Notes under the pieces: generated by a model
What the model was told of the DNA's origin: nothing
Databases searched by the model: none
What the model saw: only the letters and a program-made list of their open reading frames with translations
Program-made: the position numbers and the translations under genes
Shown: one piece after another, positions 7,279 to 17,453 of the stretch
Numbering within the stretch: the first letter of the stretch is position 1
Layout of the letters: the number at the start of each line of letters is the position of its first letter
Source: an uncultured bacterium
Lineage (GTDB): Bacteria; Macinerneyibacteriota; Macinerneyibacteria; Macinerneyibacteriales; DSCS01
Length of the DNA: 64,000 nt
Direction of reading: 5' to 3'
Assembly (NCBI GenBank): GCA_964574875.1
Contig: CAZNOX010000001.1
Coordinates: forward strand, 149,335 to 213,334

Positions 7279-9666
7279 TTACCGGATGGGACAGATCCCG
7301 GCTTCGCAGGTCTCGTCCCCAAGGTCGATCTCCGTCTCGTTCAACTCATACTTTGCAATGAGTGAAGGCACCAGGGGTTTCATGGCTTCACTGAGTTTCT
7401 CAAACTCCTCTTTGGAGATCTTCTCATATGGAGCCTGCTGATAAAAATGGTCATCCAGGGAAATAAAAGAGATGGCGACGATATCATCCCAATTCTCCCA
7501 GACCCACTCTTCCACAGCCTCCCACTCCTCTTCTCTCACATGGACGGTGATCGACGCATTATGGTCCACGTAGTTCTGCATGAACATCTTGTAAAGCTCT
7601 AGCTGTTCCAGGGCGGTCACATCGTATTTGGTCCGGCCTTCGGGAGATTTCACGGGAAAAGCGAGGACATAGTTATTGGGATTGTTGATATCATCTTCCA
7701 TGGGATATCCCAGTTCACGGCAGACCTTGGCCAGGACATCGGTCTTGCTGATACGGACCCTCCTCAGGTAGTAGGGGGAATGAGAGTAATGAAGCCCGCT
7801 GCTCACTGTGGGGAGCTGAGAAAGCGTCCCTTCGGGCTTTACCGTGGTCACAAGAAGGGGGATGCGTCCGCTGCATTCGGCTGCTGCCTTTTCAGCGGCT
7901 TTATTCGCCGCTTTTCGGGATTCTTTCAGCAGTTTCGCCTGTTCCTCTTTTGACATTCCGGTGGCATTGACCATATCCTGCCATCCCGTGATGCTCACTC
8001 CCAGAAGACGGTCTCTCTGCTGGTTGTTGTCCCATTCGGGAAGTTCCAGGTAGACAGCACTCATCCGGTACCCTGCACGGACACTGAGTTCCAGGGCTCT
8101 GAGCCACTTCTCACGGTTGAACGAAGACCGTGTCTGGCCGTCTTTCCCTTTTTTCTCCTCCACAAAAGCCATGACATTGTTTGTGGTCAGGTTGCAGAGT
8201 CCCTTGTCAGCCAGCAGGATCTCTGCACAGGGATTCACTCCCTGAAAATCGGAACGGCGCTTCCTGGCCGCCTGAGCGTTGACAAAACCCGGCTCTCCCG
8301 AATACCGGATCTGTTCCATATGCCAGTGCAGCTTGTCACGCTGAGGTTTCTCCTCATAGAAGATGGAATTGTTGCTCATCTGGCGGTGAAGGATATCCTC
8401 ATTGGCCATCCATTGCCCGGCATCATTCTGATAATAGAGGTCGTTTTTCGCGGTGATGCATTTCTGGTCATTGGCGTCGATGAGCCCGAGTTCGGCTGTC
8501 CTGCGCACTCCACCGACCACCACACAGGCTCCCATGATATTCATGATATCCATACAATCGATGGGTTCCAGCCTGGTGACATTGGTGAGAGCCCTGGCTC
8601 CCGCTTTTTTGATCACCCCGTCGATCTTCCTGAACATGTCCTGAAGGGCCTTGTATCCGCTGGCGGTCCCCCCGAAAGTCTTCAGGCGCTCCCCCCTGGG
8701 GCGCACGGAATTGTAATCGATGAGGACGGTCTTGCATCGTCTGTATTTATGGGCATACATGAGTTCGAGCAAAAACTCAAGGGCAGAGACCCATCCTTCT
8801 TTGGAGTCGCCCACTTTGATCCGGGCGATCTCGCCGCTCTCCACGAAGGTGAGTGACGTGGTCTCATGCCGTTTCTCCTCCGTCTCGGGTAGAAACTGCT
8901 CGTGGATGATCTCCAGGTTGGTCCGCACCCGGGGAAGTTTTTCCGCATCACTTTTCAAGACACGGAAACCCACTCCGGAGCCCACCATGAGAAGATAGAA
9001 GGCCTCTGAAAAGGCGCTCATACTGTCGATGACCGTGAAGGCGCAGTTGTAGTTGGCCGTGGGGAATTTTTTAGCCACATCCGTCCCTCCCACCCAGAAA
9101 GTCCGTCCCGAAAGGAACTGTCTCAGATGAAAGATATTATCGAAAAGCTCCCTGGCCTCTTTCTGGCTGACCCCTTTGACAAGGCTGCAGTTATACTCCA
9201 CAGCGCGTGAAACCGTCTCCCACCACTCTTCACGGCGTCCCACCTGATCCAGAAACCGGCTGTAGGTCCGGTAGTAGACAAAATGACCCAGCGGCCCCAT
9301 GGGAGAGGGTGTATGTTTATATCGGCTCAGGAACTCCTCGTCAAGAAGCCCGTAGACCTTTTCCTTTTTCGGAACCAGGTTCCGTTTCAGGGCCCGTGCG
9401 CCACGATAGAGGATATACTCTTTGGCCACATCCTTCCTGTCGCTGTCCATGAGAAAATTCTCGACAATATCCTGGATCTGCTCAACGGTGATGACAGATT
9501 CATAGTTTTTTTCGATAAACTCTGTGACTTTTTTGACCACGCGTTCAGCCAATTCCCGGCAAGCTCCGTTCAGGGATTTGGCTGAAGCCAGATAGATGGC
9601 ATTTTCGATCTTTTCAGGCTGAAAAGCCGCCTCTTCCCCGCTTCTCTTCACAACACGGATGTTCAT
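7279..9666 (-). CDS. Ribonucleotide reductase, class II-like (adenosylcobalamin-type) with N-terminal ATP-cone and C-terminal Cys pair
   Basis: The ATP-cone MNIRVVKRSGEEAAFQPEKIENAI begins at the ATG at 9666 after a GGAGG RBS. The catalytic core has NPCAEI and GGVRRTAELG. There is no glycyl-radical motif. The C-terminus is ...CEAGICPIR. The class call is less certain than the RNR call. Confidence 0.8.
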   Translation of the reverse strand: MNIRVVKRSGEEAAFQPEKIENAIYLASAKSLNGACRELAERVVKKVTEFIEKNYESVITVEQIQDIVENFLMDSDRKDVAKEYILYRGARALKRNLVPKKEKVYGLLDEEFLSRYKHTPSPMGPLGHFVYYRTYSRFLDQVGRREEWWETVSRAVEYNCSLVKGVSQKEARELFDNIFHLRQFLSGRTFWVGGTDVAKKFPTANYNCAFTVIDSMSAFSEAFYLLMVGSGVGFRVLKSDAEKLPRVRTNLEIIHEQFLPETEEKRHETTSLTFVESGEIARIKVGDSKEGWVSALEFLLELMYAHKYRRCKTVLIDYNSVRPRGERLKTFGGTASGYKALQDMFRKIDGVIKKAGARALTNVTRLEPIDCMDIMNIMGACVVVGGVRRTAELGLIDANDQKCITAKNDLYYQNDAGQWMANEDILHRQMSNNSIFYEEKPQRDKLHWHMEQIRYSGEPGFVNAQAARKRRSDFQGVNPCAEILLADKGLCNLTTNNVMAFVEEKKGKDGQTRSSFNREKWLRALELSVRAGYRMSAVYLELPEWDNNQQRDRLLGVSITGWQDMVNATGMSKEEQAKLLKESRKAANKAAEKAAAECSGRIPLLVTTVKPEGTLSQLPTVSSGLHYSHSPYYLRRVRISKTDVLAKVCRELGYPMEDDINNPNNYVLAFPVKSPEGRTKYDVTALEQLELYKMFMQNYVDHNASITVHVREEEWEAVEEWVWENWDDIVAISFISLDDHFYQQAPYEKISKEEFEKLSEAMKPLVPSLIAKYELNETEIDLGDETCEAGICPIR

Positions 9667-9685
9667 GGCATCCCCCTCCTTCGAT

Positions 9686-9723
9686 ATATATTGTATGATA
9701 ACGAGTTCCTTCATACAATATAT
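9686..9723. promoter_or_regulatory. 13-bp perfect inverted repeat ATATATTGTATGA-N12-TCATACAATATAT, 20-57 nt upstream of the RNR start, overlapping a likely TACAAT -10
   Basis: Read from the sequence. AT-rich palindromes in this position are characteristic of nrd operators (NrdR boxes). It could also form a 5' leader hairpin. Confidence 0.4.
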
Positions 9724-9792
9724 GGATATTCAGCCTCACTTTCAAGGAAAAAGTTGCTTTTTTTCAAAAAGAGGATTGAAGGCGGATGACCT

Positions 9793-12417
9793 TTACGGGA
9801 TATTGTCCTGAATGAGGGTGAAGAGGTTTTTTAAATCGACAGGTTTCTGGAGAAATCCCACAGCCCCCCGCTCGAGTGTGCGGCTGATGCGCTCGTCTTT
9901 TCTGAATCCCGAAGCCAGAATGACTTTCACGTCAGGATTCATCTTTTTCATCTTGAGAAACGCTTCTTCTCCCGAAAGCCTGGGCATGAGCATATCCATG
10001 ATCACAAGTTTGATCTGCGCCCGTTCTTTCTGATAGAGCCTCACCGCCTCTTCTCCGTCGGAAGCCGTAAAGACCAGGAACCCGTGGAGCTCGATGATCT
10101 CTTTGAGAGTTTCCCGGATGATGGTCTCATCATCCACAAGGAGGATCCCCTCACCATGTCCGGCGACTCTCTCCGCCTCTTCCGGCGGCAGGGCTGTCCT
10201 GACATCGGGATGGTCCAGAAGGAGCGGGAGATAGAGGATAAAACGGGATCCCTTCCCTTTTTGAGATTCCACGGAAAGGAACCCGTTATGTCTCTTCACA
10301 ATACTGTCAGCCATGGCCAGCCCCAGGCCCGTTCCCTGATAACGCTGTTTTGTGGTGAAAAAGGGTTCGAAGATGTGCTCCGCTGTCTCCGGATCCATCC
10401 CTACGCCTGTATCTTCCACAGAGATCAGCGCCATGGGTTCCCCCTCTCTCCGTCCCTGCCTGGCGGCTTCTTCGCCATGCAGATGCACGGGTTCAGCTGT
10501 GAGTGTCAGGACTCCTCCCGGGGTCTCATTCTTCTCACGCATGATCGTCATGGCGTGTGAGGCATTGATACAGAGATTCAACAGGACCTGTTCAAGCTGC
10601 GTCTTGTCCCCTTCGATGATCACAGGGCCGGGATAAAGATCGGTATGGAAGGTGATGCTTTTATCCAGAGTGTTTTCACAGATCCTCACCACATTATGGA
10701 GAACGTCACTGAAATCCAGCTTCTCCTTGACAGGCTCCTTCTGCTGGGAGAGGGTCAGGAGCTCCTGGACGATGGACGAGGCCCGTTCAATGGCATTTTC
10801 GATGGTCTGGATATACTTGCGGATCTCCTTCTCATCCATGGGGATATCGTTTTCCCTTTTGAGTTTCATGATGGAAAGGGTTCCGGCGATCCCCCCGAGG
10901 ACATTATTGAAATCATGGGCCAGGCCTCCGGCCAGCTCCCCCAGGATCTCGATCTTCTGAATATTCTGGATCTGTTTGTCTTTTTCCTTCAACTCCGTGA
11001 TATCCGTCACAAAACCTTCGATGAACAGGGGACTGGGGCCTTTATAGATGGGACGCCCTTTTTCCCAGAGCCATCTGATGCTGCCGTCTTTATGATAGAT
11101 GCGGTAGACCAGTTCAAATGTGTTGTCCCTGGTCATGGAATCCCGGATCTGTTTATAGACCATAAGGCGGTCCTCTTCATGGATCAGATCGCCATACGCC
11201 TTGACCTTGTTCAGAAGCAGTTCATCAGCGTCATACCCTGTCAGCTCCCGGACGCCGTCGCTTAAAAAGACCATAGTCCAGTTTTCATCGTTGACACAGC
11301 GATAGGCCATGCCGGGAAGATTGGACAGGAGTGTGGACAGCATCCGTTCATTTTCGATGAGTGCAGCTTCCCTGCTGAGGACAGCATCCACCATGGTGGC
11401 AAAACTGTCTCTCAATTCATCGATCTCGGTATAAGAATCAGCCACTCTCACCTGACGGTACTCCCCTTTTGCTGCATTTTTCGCTGCTGCGCTCAGTTTC
11501 ATGATGGGCCGGACTGTCCTTTGAACGAAAAGGCTGCCCAGGAGAAAAGCCAGGAGGGTATAGACCACAAGCCCGATGAGAAAAGAGGGGAAAGCCCGAT
11601 AGAGGTCGGCGAAGGCCTCTTTGGTGTCCTGGATAAAAAAGATCGTCCATCCTCCCGGGGCCAGGTAGGACGCCGAGATGATCTTATCCCCTTCAGATGT
11701 GGAGACCACCCGTGTCCTCTGTTCCACAATAAGTTCAGGATGAGAGATCCCCAGTTCGGTGATGTTGGCCCGTTCCTGGACCACCCGGGTATCGGGATGA
11801 GCGATGAGCGTCCCCTTCCGGTCCATGATAAAAGCCATCCCCGTCTTTCCGATGGCCATCTTTGTGACGATCTGGTTCAGATAGGCTAAGTCGATGTAAG
11901 CGATGAGAGTCCTTTTGCCCATGGGCAGGATCACAGCCACAGAGGGATTTCCTGTCTTCCCGGAGATGAATGTATCCGACCATCTCAGCTGCCGGCTAGC
12001 TTCATCCTGTATGGTGACATAGGAGTGGCCCGACATGTCGTTTCCCAGCAGGTCCCTGTCAGGAGGATAGACCATCTCGATCTTGTTCCTCTCATCGACA
12101 ACGACGATCTGCTGGAGGATCGGGTCCTTGTCCAGGGTCATCTGCATATACTGTTCTGAGATTCGATCTCTCCGCCCGAAGGATGAGTCTTTCTCCCAGA
12201 GGTCACGGAGGATCTCCACAGGAGTCAGCATCTCATCCAGATAGCGCTGGATCTCTCCCCGGGCCAGATTGACGATGAGGATGTTTTTCTCGTAGACATC
12301 CCGGCGGATCTTGATCACGATCCCTGAATAGGTGACGATGACAATAAAAAGGATGGAGATGAGGCCCGCTATCATGAAGTAACGGACCAGGACGTTTTTA
12401 AGGCTGTTTTCCTTCAC
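9793..12417 (-). CDS. Hybrid sensor histidine kinase (dCache-HAMP-PAS-HisKA-HATPase-REC)
   Basis: Two TM helices flank a ~250-aa periplasmic Cache-like domain. A PAS domain follows. H-box LAHDFNNVL, N/G boxes, and a C-terminal receiver ILLVDDE...DMLMP. Confidence 0.85.
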   Translation of the reverse strand: MKENSLKNVLVRYFMIAGLISILFIVIVTYSGIVIKIRRDVYEKNILIVNLARGEIQRYLDEMLTPVEILRDLWEKDSSFGRRDRISEQYMQMTLDKDPILQQIVVVDERNKIEMVYPPDRDLLGNDMSGHSYVTIQDEASRQLRWSDTFISGKTGNPSVAVILPMGKRTLIAYIDLAYLNQIVTKMAIGKTGMAFIMDRKGTLIAHPDTRVVQERANITELGISHPELIVEQRTRVVSTSEGDKIISASYLAPGGWTIFFIQDTKEAFADLYRAFPSFLIGLVVYTLLAFLLGSLFVQRTVRPIMKLSAAAKNAAKGEYRQVRVADSYTEIDELRDSFATMVDAVLSREAALIENERMLSTLLSNLPGMAYRCVNDENWTMVFLSDGVRELTGYDADELLLNKVKAYGDLIHEEDRLMVYKQIRDSMTRDNTFELVYRIYHKDGSIRWLWEKGRPIYKGPSPLFIEGFVTDITELKEKDKQIQNIQKIEILGELAGGLAHDFNNVLGGIAGTLSIMKLKRENDIPMDEKEIRKYIQTIENAIERASSIVQELLTLSQQKEPVKEKLDFSDVLHNVVRICENTLDKSITFHTDLYPGPVIIEGDKTQLEQVLLNLCINASHAMTIMREKNETPGGVLTLTAEPVHLHGEEAARQGRREGEPMALISVEDTGVGMDPETAEHIFEPFFTTKQRYQGTGLGLAMADSIVKRHNGFLSVESQKGKGSRFILYLPLLLDHPDVRTALPPEEAERVAGHGEGILLVDDETIIRETLKEIIELHGFLVFTASDGEEAVRLYQKERAQIKLVIMDMLMPRLSGEEAFLKMKKMNPDVKVILASGFRKDERISRTLERGAVGFLQKPVDLKNLFTLIQDNIP

Positions 12418-13543
12418 TCTTCAAGGCTCCGATCGTCACAAAGGTCCCGTTTTTGACGACCACAAGTTTCTTTTCAGGAGAGGCATTGTAAAGAGGGTCT
12501 CCCTGAGGGGAAAAGGAGATGGTCCCCTGAAGCCCCTGAAAATCCTTTATCCGGACGATAGTCTCTTTAAGATGCTTCACATCAGAGTCGTCTGACAGGG
12601 CCTGCTGGAGCACCAGAAGAGCTTCGAATGCGCTGTGTGCAGCATAATCCGGACTTGAACGGTATCGCTCCTTGTAAAGTTCTCTGAACTTCAGATAAGC
12701 GGGATCAGTGTTGTCTTCGTCATAGTGCTGAAAAAAAATGACCCCTTCCCCTGATGTCCCTGCGTGGTAGATGAACTCCTTTGTCTTGGCCCAGATACAG
12801 GAGATGACAGGAAGATCCATCTTCATTTTTTCCATCTGCTGACAGATCAATGCGGCATCCAGCCCGTTGACGATGAGGACCACACAGTCCGGCTCTTCGA
12901 TTTCCAGCCCTCTGACCATGCTGTAATAGGAGACCTCATCACGGCTGTCGAATTTCATGGGGATCAGTGTGACTTCATGGTAGGATGTCAGGTCTTGCCG
13001 AAAGCTTTCATACCAGTTCAGCGTGTAACTGCTGTTGGACAGGTCGATAAAGGCCGCGATCCGTTTGGGTTTGATGCTTCTCATGATATAAGCGGCAATA
13101 TTACGCGTCTCATAACTGTTGGGAGGCTGGATACGGAAGAACCAGTCATCGACTCCGGTCAAAGCATCTGTGGTCGCCGAAGGGCTCATGAGCAGGATCT
13201 TTCTCTTCTCCGCTTCTTCCACGGCTGCCATGGCTGCTGTGCTGGTGAGAGGGCCGATTATGGCCGCGGCCCCTTCTGAACTCAGGTCTTTTACCGCCTG
13301 GACTGTCCTGTGGGGATCCATGCCGTTGTCTTTGATGATGATTTTGATCTCATGCCCGTCGATTCCTCCCCGTGAATTCAGAACATCCCGGGCCAGAAGA
13401 ATCCCGTTTTTTGCAGAGAGGCCGAGGTCCGAACCTTTCCCGGTGACACATCCGATGAATCCGATTCTCACCGGCTGTTTCTGACAGGCTGCAGTAAGAA
13501 GGATGATGACGATCAGTAACAGCTTTTGTGCTTTCGTTCCCAT
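12398..13543 (-). CDS. Periplasmic solute-binding lipoprotein, LivK/Peripla_BP_6 type (branched-chain amino-acid-like)
   Basis: Lipobox LLTAAC. GFIGCVTGKGSDLGLSAKNGILLARDVLN and the overall type-I PBP pattern. A GGAGG RBS precedes the ATG at 13543. The stop lies 20 nt inside the downstream kinase gene. Confidence 0.8.
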   Translation of the reverse strand: MGTKAQKLLLIVIILLTAACQKQPVRIGFIGCVTGKGSDLGLSAKNGILLARDVLNSRGGIDGHEIKIIIKDNGMDPHRTVQAVKDLSSEGAAAIIGPLTSTAAMAAVEEAEKRKILLMSPSATTDALTGVDDWFFRIQPPNSYETRNIAAYIMRSIKPKRIAAFIDLSNSSYTLNWYESFRQDLTSYHEVTLIPMKFDSRDEVSYYSMVRGLEIEEPDCVVLIVNGLDAALICQQMEKMKMDLPVISCIWAKTKEFIYHAGTSGEGVIFFQHYDEDNTDPAYLKFRELYKERYRSSPDYAAHSAFEALLVLQQALSDDSDVKHLKETIVRIKDFQGLQGTISFSPQGDPLYNASPEKKLVVVKNGTFVTIGALKSEGKQP

Positions 13544-13591
13544 GGAAACCTCCAAGCTAAGTTTACCATGAGTTGTCACTGCTGACAAGAG

Positions 13592-14695
13592 CTATCCTCT
13601 GAAGAGGCCTTTCATCTCAGGAGGGACTCTGCAGACGACAATCGCGTTCATTCCTTCATCCCCCTTCTCCGGCTGACGATAAAGATAAAAAACAAGATGC
13701 CCCTCATCCATCCCCACCACCGATAGGATAGAGACATGCTCAAACAAAGGATGAGTCAGGACAAGGGCCAGCGTTCCCCGGGCCGTATCAAAAACGTAAA
13801 GGGTCCCGCGGAAATCCTCCAGGGAGAACCTGTTTCCCTGTCTTCTTATCCGGAGTGAACACTCGGGAGCAGCCAGGACACCTTTGTGCAGAGCCATGGT
13901 CGAGATCACATGATCCCCCGCATTTGAGGTGAACCCCGGGCCGATGGCCCATTTCACAGGGACATACTCCTCCCTGTTTTCGACTCTGATCTCTTTAACC
14001 GTCTCAAGGTCTTCATTGAAAACCGTGATCCGGTAGGGGGCATTGATGTGTCCCGCGTAAAGAAGACCCTCTTTGTCTTTGACAAGAGAAACACCCGAAA
14101 AAGGATCCCCGTCCCGGGGAACATCATGATTTCCGTTGGAGACCGTCTTCTCCACAGTCATGGAACGGACATCATACTTCCCCACCAGGGTCTCTCTCAT
14201 CCCGCAATAATAGAGTGTCTCTCCTTCGAGTGTGAAATCAAGTATGGAATCAAGCCCTGACCGGGCATCCATTTGAAAACTGTCGGTAAAGGATCCGTCA
14301 AGGCTGAACATGTTCAGGCGTTTCATGAAAAAGTCGGGAATCATGATGGTCCTGTCCTGGATCCTCACACCCATGGCCTGCAGAAACTCTCCGGGTCCTT
14401 TCCCCCTGGGAAAAGTGACCGTATGGGTCCGGCCGGTTTCTGGATGGAAAAAGAAGAGCCTGAAAGAGTCTTCAAACTCCTGAAGGTAATAGACTTCACC
14501 TTCATAGAGGCCCATACACATGACCAGATTACTCCGGACGAAATCCCTCACCTCGAGGCGTGCGACCTCTTGAAGAGCAATCGTCTGCACCGAGTCATCC
14601 ATTCTGGAGACCACGGCCTCCTCTGAACTCCGGGCGCATCCTGAAAGAATGAGAAGAACCAGGGCTGCTGCCCCTGTCATGATCGAAGATCTCAT
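13592..14695 (-). CDS. Beta-propeller-like lipoprotein, GKGPGE-motif family, subfamily A
   Basis: Lipobox LILSGC. Motif FPRGKGPGEF. Clearly alignable with the 21046-22122 product. The start is chosen at MRSSIMTG. Confidence 0.6.
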   Translation of the reverse strand: MRSSIMTGAAALVLLILSGCARSSEEAVVSRMDDSVQTIALQEVARLEVRDFVRSNLVMCMGLYEGEVYYLQEFEDSFRLFFFHPETGRTHTVTFPRGKGPGEFLQAMGVRIQDRTIMIPDFFMKRLNMFSLDGSFTDSFQMDARSGLDSILDFTLEGETLYYCGMRETLVGKYDVRSMTVEKTVSNGNHDVPRDGDPFSGVSLVKDKEGLLYAGHINAPYRITVFNEDLETVKEIRVENREEYVPVKWAIGPGFTSNAGDHVISTMALHKGVLAAPECSLRIRRQGNRFSLEDFRGTLYVFDTARGTLALVLTHPLFEHVSILSVVGMDEGHLVFYLYRQPEKGDEGMNAIVVCRVPPEMKGLFRG

Positions 14696-14746
14696 CTTCC
14701 TCCTTTTTTTAATTATGACAAAGACAGGAGGAATAAGTTTCACGGA

Positions 14747-15649
14747 TCAGTAAAATTCTTTGATTTTTTGCAGGGGGAGAGGCCCGCGTATAAGCCTTCG
14801 CTCAGCATAAAGCCCTCCGTCATCCCGTGTGGAGACACGCCACAGGACAAGGGAGAGGCGGCCCTTCTCGATCTCTATTCCGGTGATCCCTGCCCTGTGG
14901 ACACCGTTGCCGGTATTGAAATAGGCTGTGGGGTCATGACCGGGCTCTGAAAAACGCGTCCTGTGGGTATGCCCCATGATGATGGCTCTCTTCCGGGACC
15001 GGGCCCAGCGGATGATCTTCCGCTCGATGATGCGTCTTTTTTTATATTCCTGGGCCGGGCTTGACGGGTTGTGAAACCCCATGGTCTGAAGATGGACCCA
15101 GAAATAACGGACAAAGAAGCGCCCCACTTTCCAGAGCCTGTCATTGAGCCAGTCCCCCTGATGCCCATGGACGAGAAAAAGCTCCGCTTCTCCCCCTTTA
15201 TAATCCAGCCGGAGTCCTTCATGGGCGTCCAGGCCGGTGAAGAGAGGGAGATACTTCCCGTTATAACTGTCGTAGAACCTGTGGAGGAAACGGCGCCGGA
15301 CCCCTTCGTCTTTTCTTTCCATGTCGTGGTTTCCGAAGATCAGAGACAAGCGTCCATGCTCATGCATTTTTATCATGATCTCGAATATCGTCTCATGAGC
15401 CTTATAGATATCCCAATAACGCTTGTTTTCCCACAACTCGTCGCCGTCACCCAGCTCGATGTAATGAAACCGGTGCTTGTCATAGTATTTTAAAGCATAC
15501 TCAAAGAGATGCCTGTTTTGTGAAAAATCATCATTCTTGTTGTCTCTCCCCCTGTGGAGGTCGGAAAAGAGGATCACCCTGCTCTTGTCAGTGATGGGGA
15601 GAGAAGGAGCTTTTTTGTAGACCTGGTCTAACCGCCCGGCGATGCTCAT
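14747..15649 (-). CDS. Calcineurin-like metallophosphoesterase
   Basis: Motifs LFSDLHRG, GDGDE, GNHD and GHTH(R) in canonical order. Confidence 0.8.
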   Translation of the reverse strand: MSIAGRLDQVYKKAPSLPITDKSRVILFSDLHRGRDNKNDDFSQNRHLFEYALKYYDKHRFHYIELGDGDELWENKRYWDIYKAHETIFEIMIKMHEHGRLSLIFGNHDMERKDEGVRRRFLHRFYDSYNGKYLPLFTGLDAHEGLRLDYKGGEAELFLVHGHQGDWLNDRLWKVGRFFVRYFWVHLQTMGFHNPSSPAQEYKKRRIIERKIIRWARSRKRAIIMGHTHRTRFSEPGHDPTAYFNTGNGVHRAGITGIEIEKGRLSLVLWRVSTRDDGGLYAERRLIRGPLPLQKIKEFY

Positions 15650-15743
15650 GATTGTATCATACCCCGGAAAGCCTCGGAAAACAAGAGGTATCTGCTTCGT
15701 GAATTGTCTTGTCTCGCCTGCTGCTGTGTGATATTCTCACAAC

Positions 15744-16184
15744 ATGCGTACCATATCCCTGTTCATTTTCAGCCTGCTTCTCTTGTCCTGCTTTGATGCC
15801 TCTTCGCAGAAAGAGGGGGATAGCCTCCCTGACCGCATCGCAGGGTCACACCGTATTTCTTCTCCCCGCATGGGAAAGGGCTTACGGACCCATCTCTGGG
15901 TCCCCTTCCAGCTGAACGGACAATACATCAGCTTTGAGTCAGCGCCCCAACTCTCAGTCCAGGTGGTGGGACTGGGAAAGACGGCAAACGGAGAGCCCTT
16001 CCATTTTTCTGTTAAAATTGAGAAGATCAAGAGCGAAAATGACGGATTTTCCCTCACACTTCTCTCATCGGAATTCCCGGTGGATTCAGTGGACTATGTG
16101 GATGTCAACTATCTGGCCATGACAGACTGTAAAGGGGCCGGATGTGTCTCACAGCCCCCATGCGGATCCTGCTGTCTCCAGTAA
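15744..16184 (+). CDS. Small secreted lipoprotein with a Cys-rich C-terminus
   Basis: Signal peptide plus lipobox LLLSC. The C-terminus is CKGAGCVSQPPCGSCC. No SD. A possible leaderless promoter TTGTCT-N17-TATTCT ends 6 nt before the ATG. Confidence 0.4.
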   Translation: MRTISLFIFSLLLLSCFDASSQKEGDSLPDRIAGSHRISSPRMGKGLRTHLWVPFQLNGQYISFESAPQLSVQVVGLGKTANGEPFHFSVKIEKIKSENDGFSLTLLSSEFPVDSVDYVDVNYLAMTDCKGAGCVSQPPCGSCCLQ

Positions 16185-16192
16185 CGAGTCTC

Positions 16193-17329
16193 TTACCAGC
16201 CCGCTTTATAGACGGTATTGGCGCCTTCTCTCATGCGTCCTTCTTTGTCTGTCTGGAACGGAGCATAAAAATAGAGGCCGTCTTCCAAAGCCAGGAGAGA
16301 AAAGGAGAGAATGGTCTTCAAAAAAGGGTAACGGCGTCTTTCCAGAAAAACTCCCTTTTCGGCGTCAAAGACATCCACAAATCCGGTTTTTAACTCGGGT
16401 ATGGGTTTTCGTTCTCCTTTGATCGAGGCTCCGTCCCATTCATATTCAGCATAGCCCCCTGTCCCCCTCAGAACATAGACCTTTCCGCCCGCAGCGCAGA
16501 CCCCTTCCGTGGTTCTGGCCCCCTGCATCTGAAAACGTCTGTTGGGAAAGACGACAGGGGCGCTGCTCAGGATCTCCGTCCATCCGTCTTCGATGGTGTT
16601 GATCCAGACAAGCTTCAGGTCTTTGTCATATTTCCTGATCTCATAACGGTCTTTTCGGCCGTTGAAGACAAAAAAGAGGTTTCCCCGGTCATCTGTATCT
16701 TTGATCAGGAGATTCTTCGTCATGGCATCCTGCCCGTCCCGGGCATCACTGTCGATCTTTGCAACCATCTTCCCGTCTGTGCCGAGTTTCACCACCAGAG
16801 GCATCCGGACCGGCCCGATATAAAAAGCTCCATCAGCTGCATCGACGGATACACCGCCGTATGAAACAGAAAAAGAGAGGTCGGAGAAGAGGATGGAATC
16901 ATCATATTCACACTGGTCATTAAAGCATTCCATCCCGTTTTTCTGAAAGTCAAGGATATAGATCTTCCCGTTCCCCACGGACAATGACGCCGGCCACTGC
17001 ACTTCTCCGGGGCCTTTTCCCGATATCAGAGGTTTTTCTGTGAGGAGAGTCATCTCCCGGTTGAAAAGAGAGATCATGACCGTCTTCCCGTCTGTCTGCG
17101 TCAGGGCGGCCAAACGTTGATCTTTATCCGCATCGGCATGCCAAAGTAATAATCTCTTGTCCGGGTCCAAGGGAAATGCAGCGAGAAGAGCCGCTTCATG
17201 CCCGCAATCTTTATCGATCCGTGTGGTGATGAGGCTGACCCCCTCTTTTCTTTCGATCTTCGTGACAGGTGATGAACAGGCTCCCAGTATCATGATCATG
17301 ATTGCAGCATAAAACGCTCTTTTTCTCAT
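16193..17329 (-). CDS. Beta-propeller-like lipoprotein, GKGPGE-motif family, subfamily B
   Basis: Lipobox ILGAC. ISGKGPGEV. Paralog of the 57353-58531 product. AGGAGG RBS before the ATG at 17329. Confidence 0.6.
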   Translation of the reverse strand: MRKRAFYAAIMIMILGACSSPVTKIERKEGVSLITTRIDKDCGHEAALLAAFPLDPDKRLLLWHADADKDQRLAALTQTDGKTVMISLFNREMTLLTEKPLISGKGPGEVQWPASLSVGNGKIYILDFQKNGMECFNDQCEYDDSILFSDLSFSVSYGGVSVDAADGAFYIGPVRMPLVVKLGTDGKMVAKIDSDARDGQDAMTKNLLIKDTDDRGNLFFVFNGRKDRYEIRKYDKDLKLVWINTIEDGWTEILSSAPVVFPNRRFQMQGARTTEGVCAAGGKVYVLRGTGGYAEYEWDGASIKGERKPIPELKTGFVDVFDAEKGVFLERRRYPFLKTILSFSLLALEDGLYFYAPFQTDKEGRMREGANTVYKAGW

Positions 17330-17453
17330 CAGTCCTCCTTTGTGAAAAAGACAGGAAAGCGAAACTTTTTGTTTCACCGGCGTGTATAGTGAAGAGATCC
17401 TCTTGTCTTTTCTTCATAAAGAGGCTATTTTCATTCAAGCAAAGGAGTTTTTG

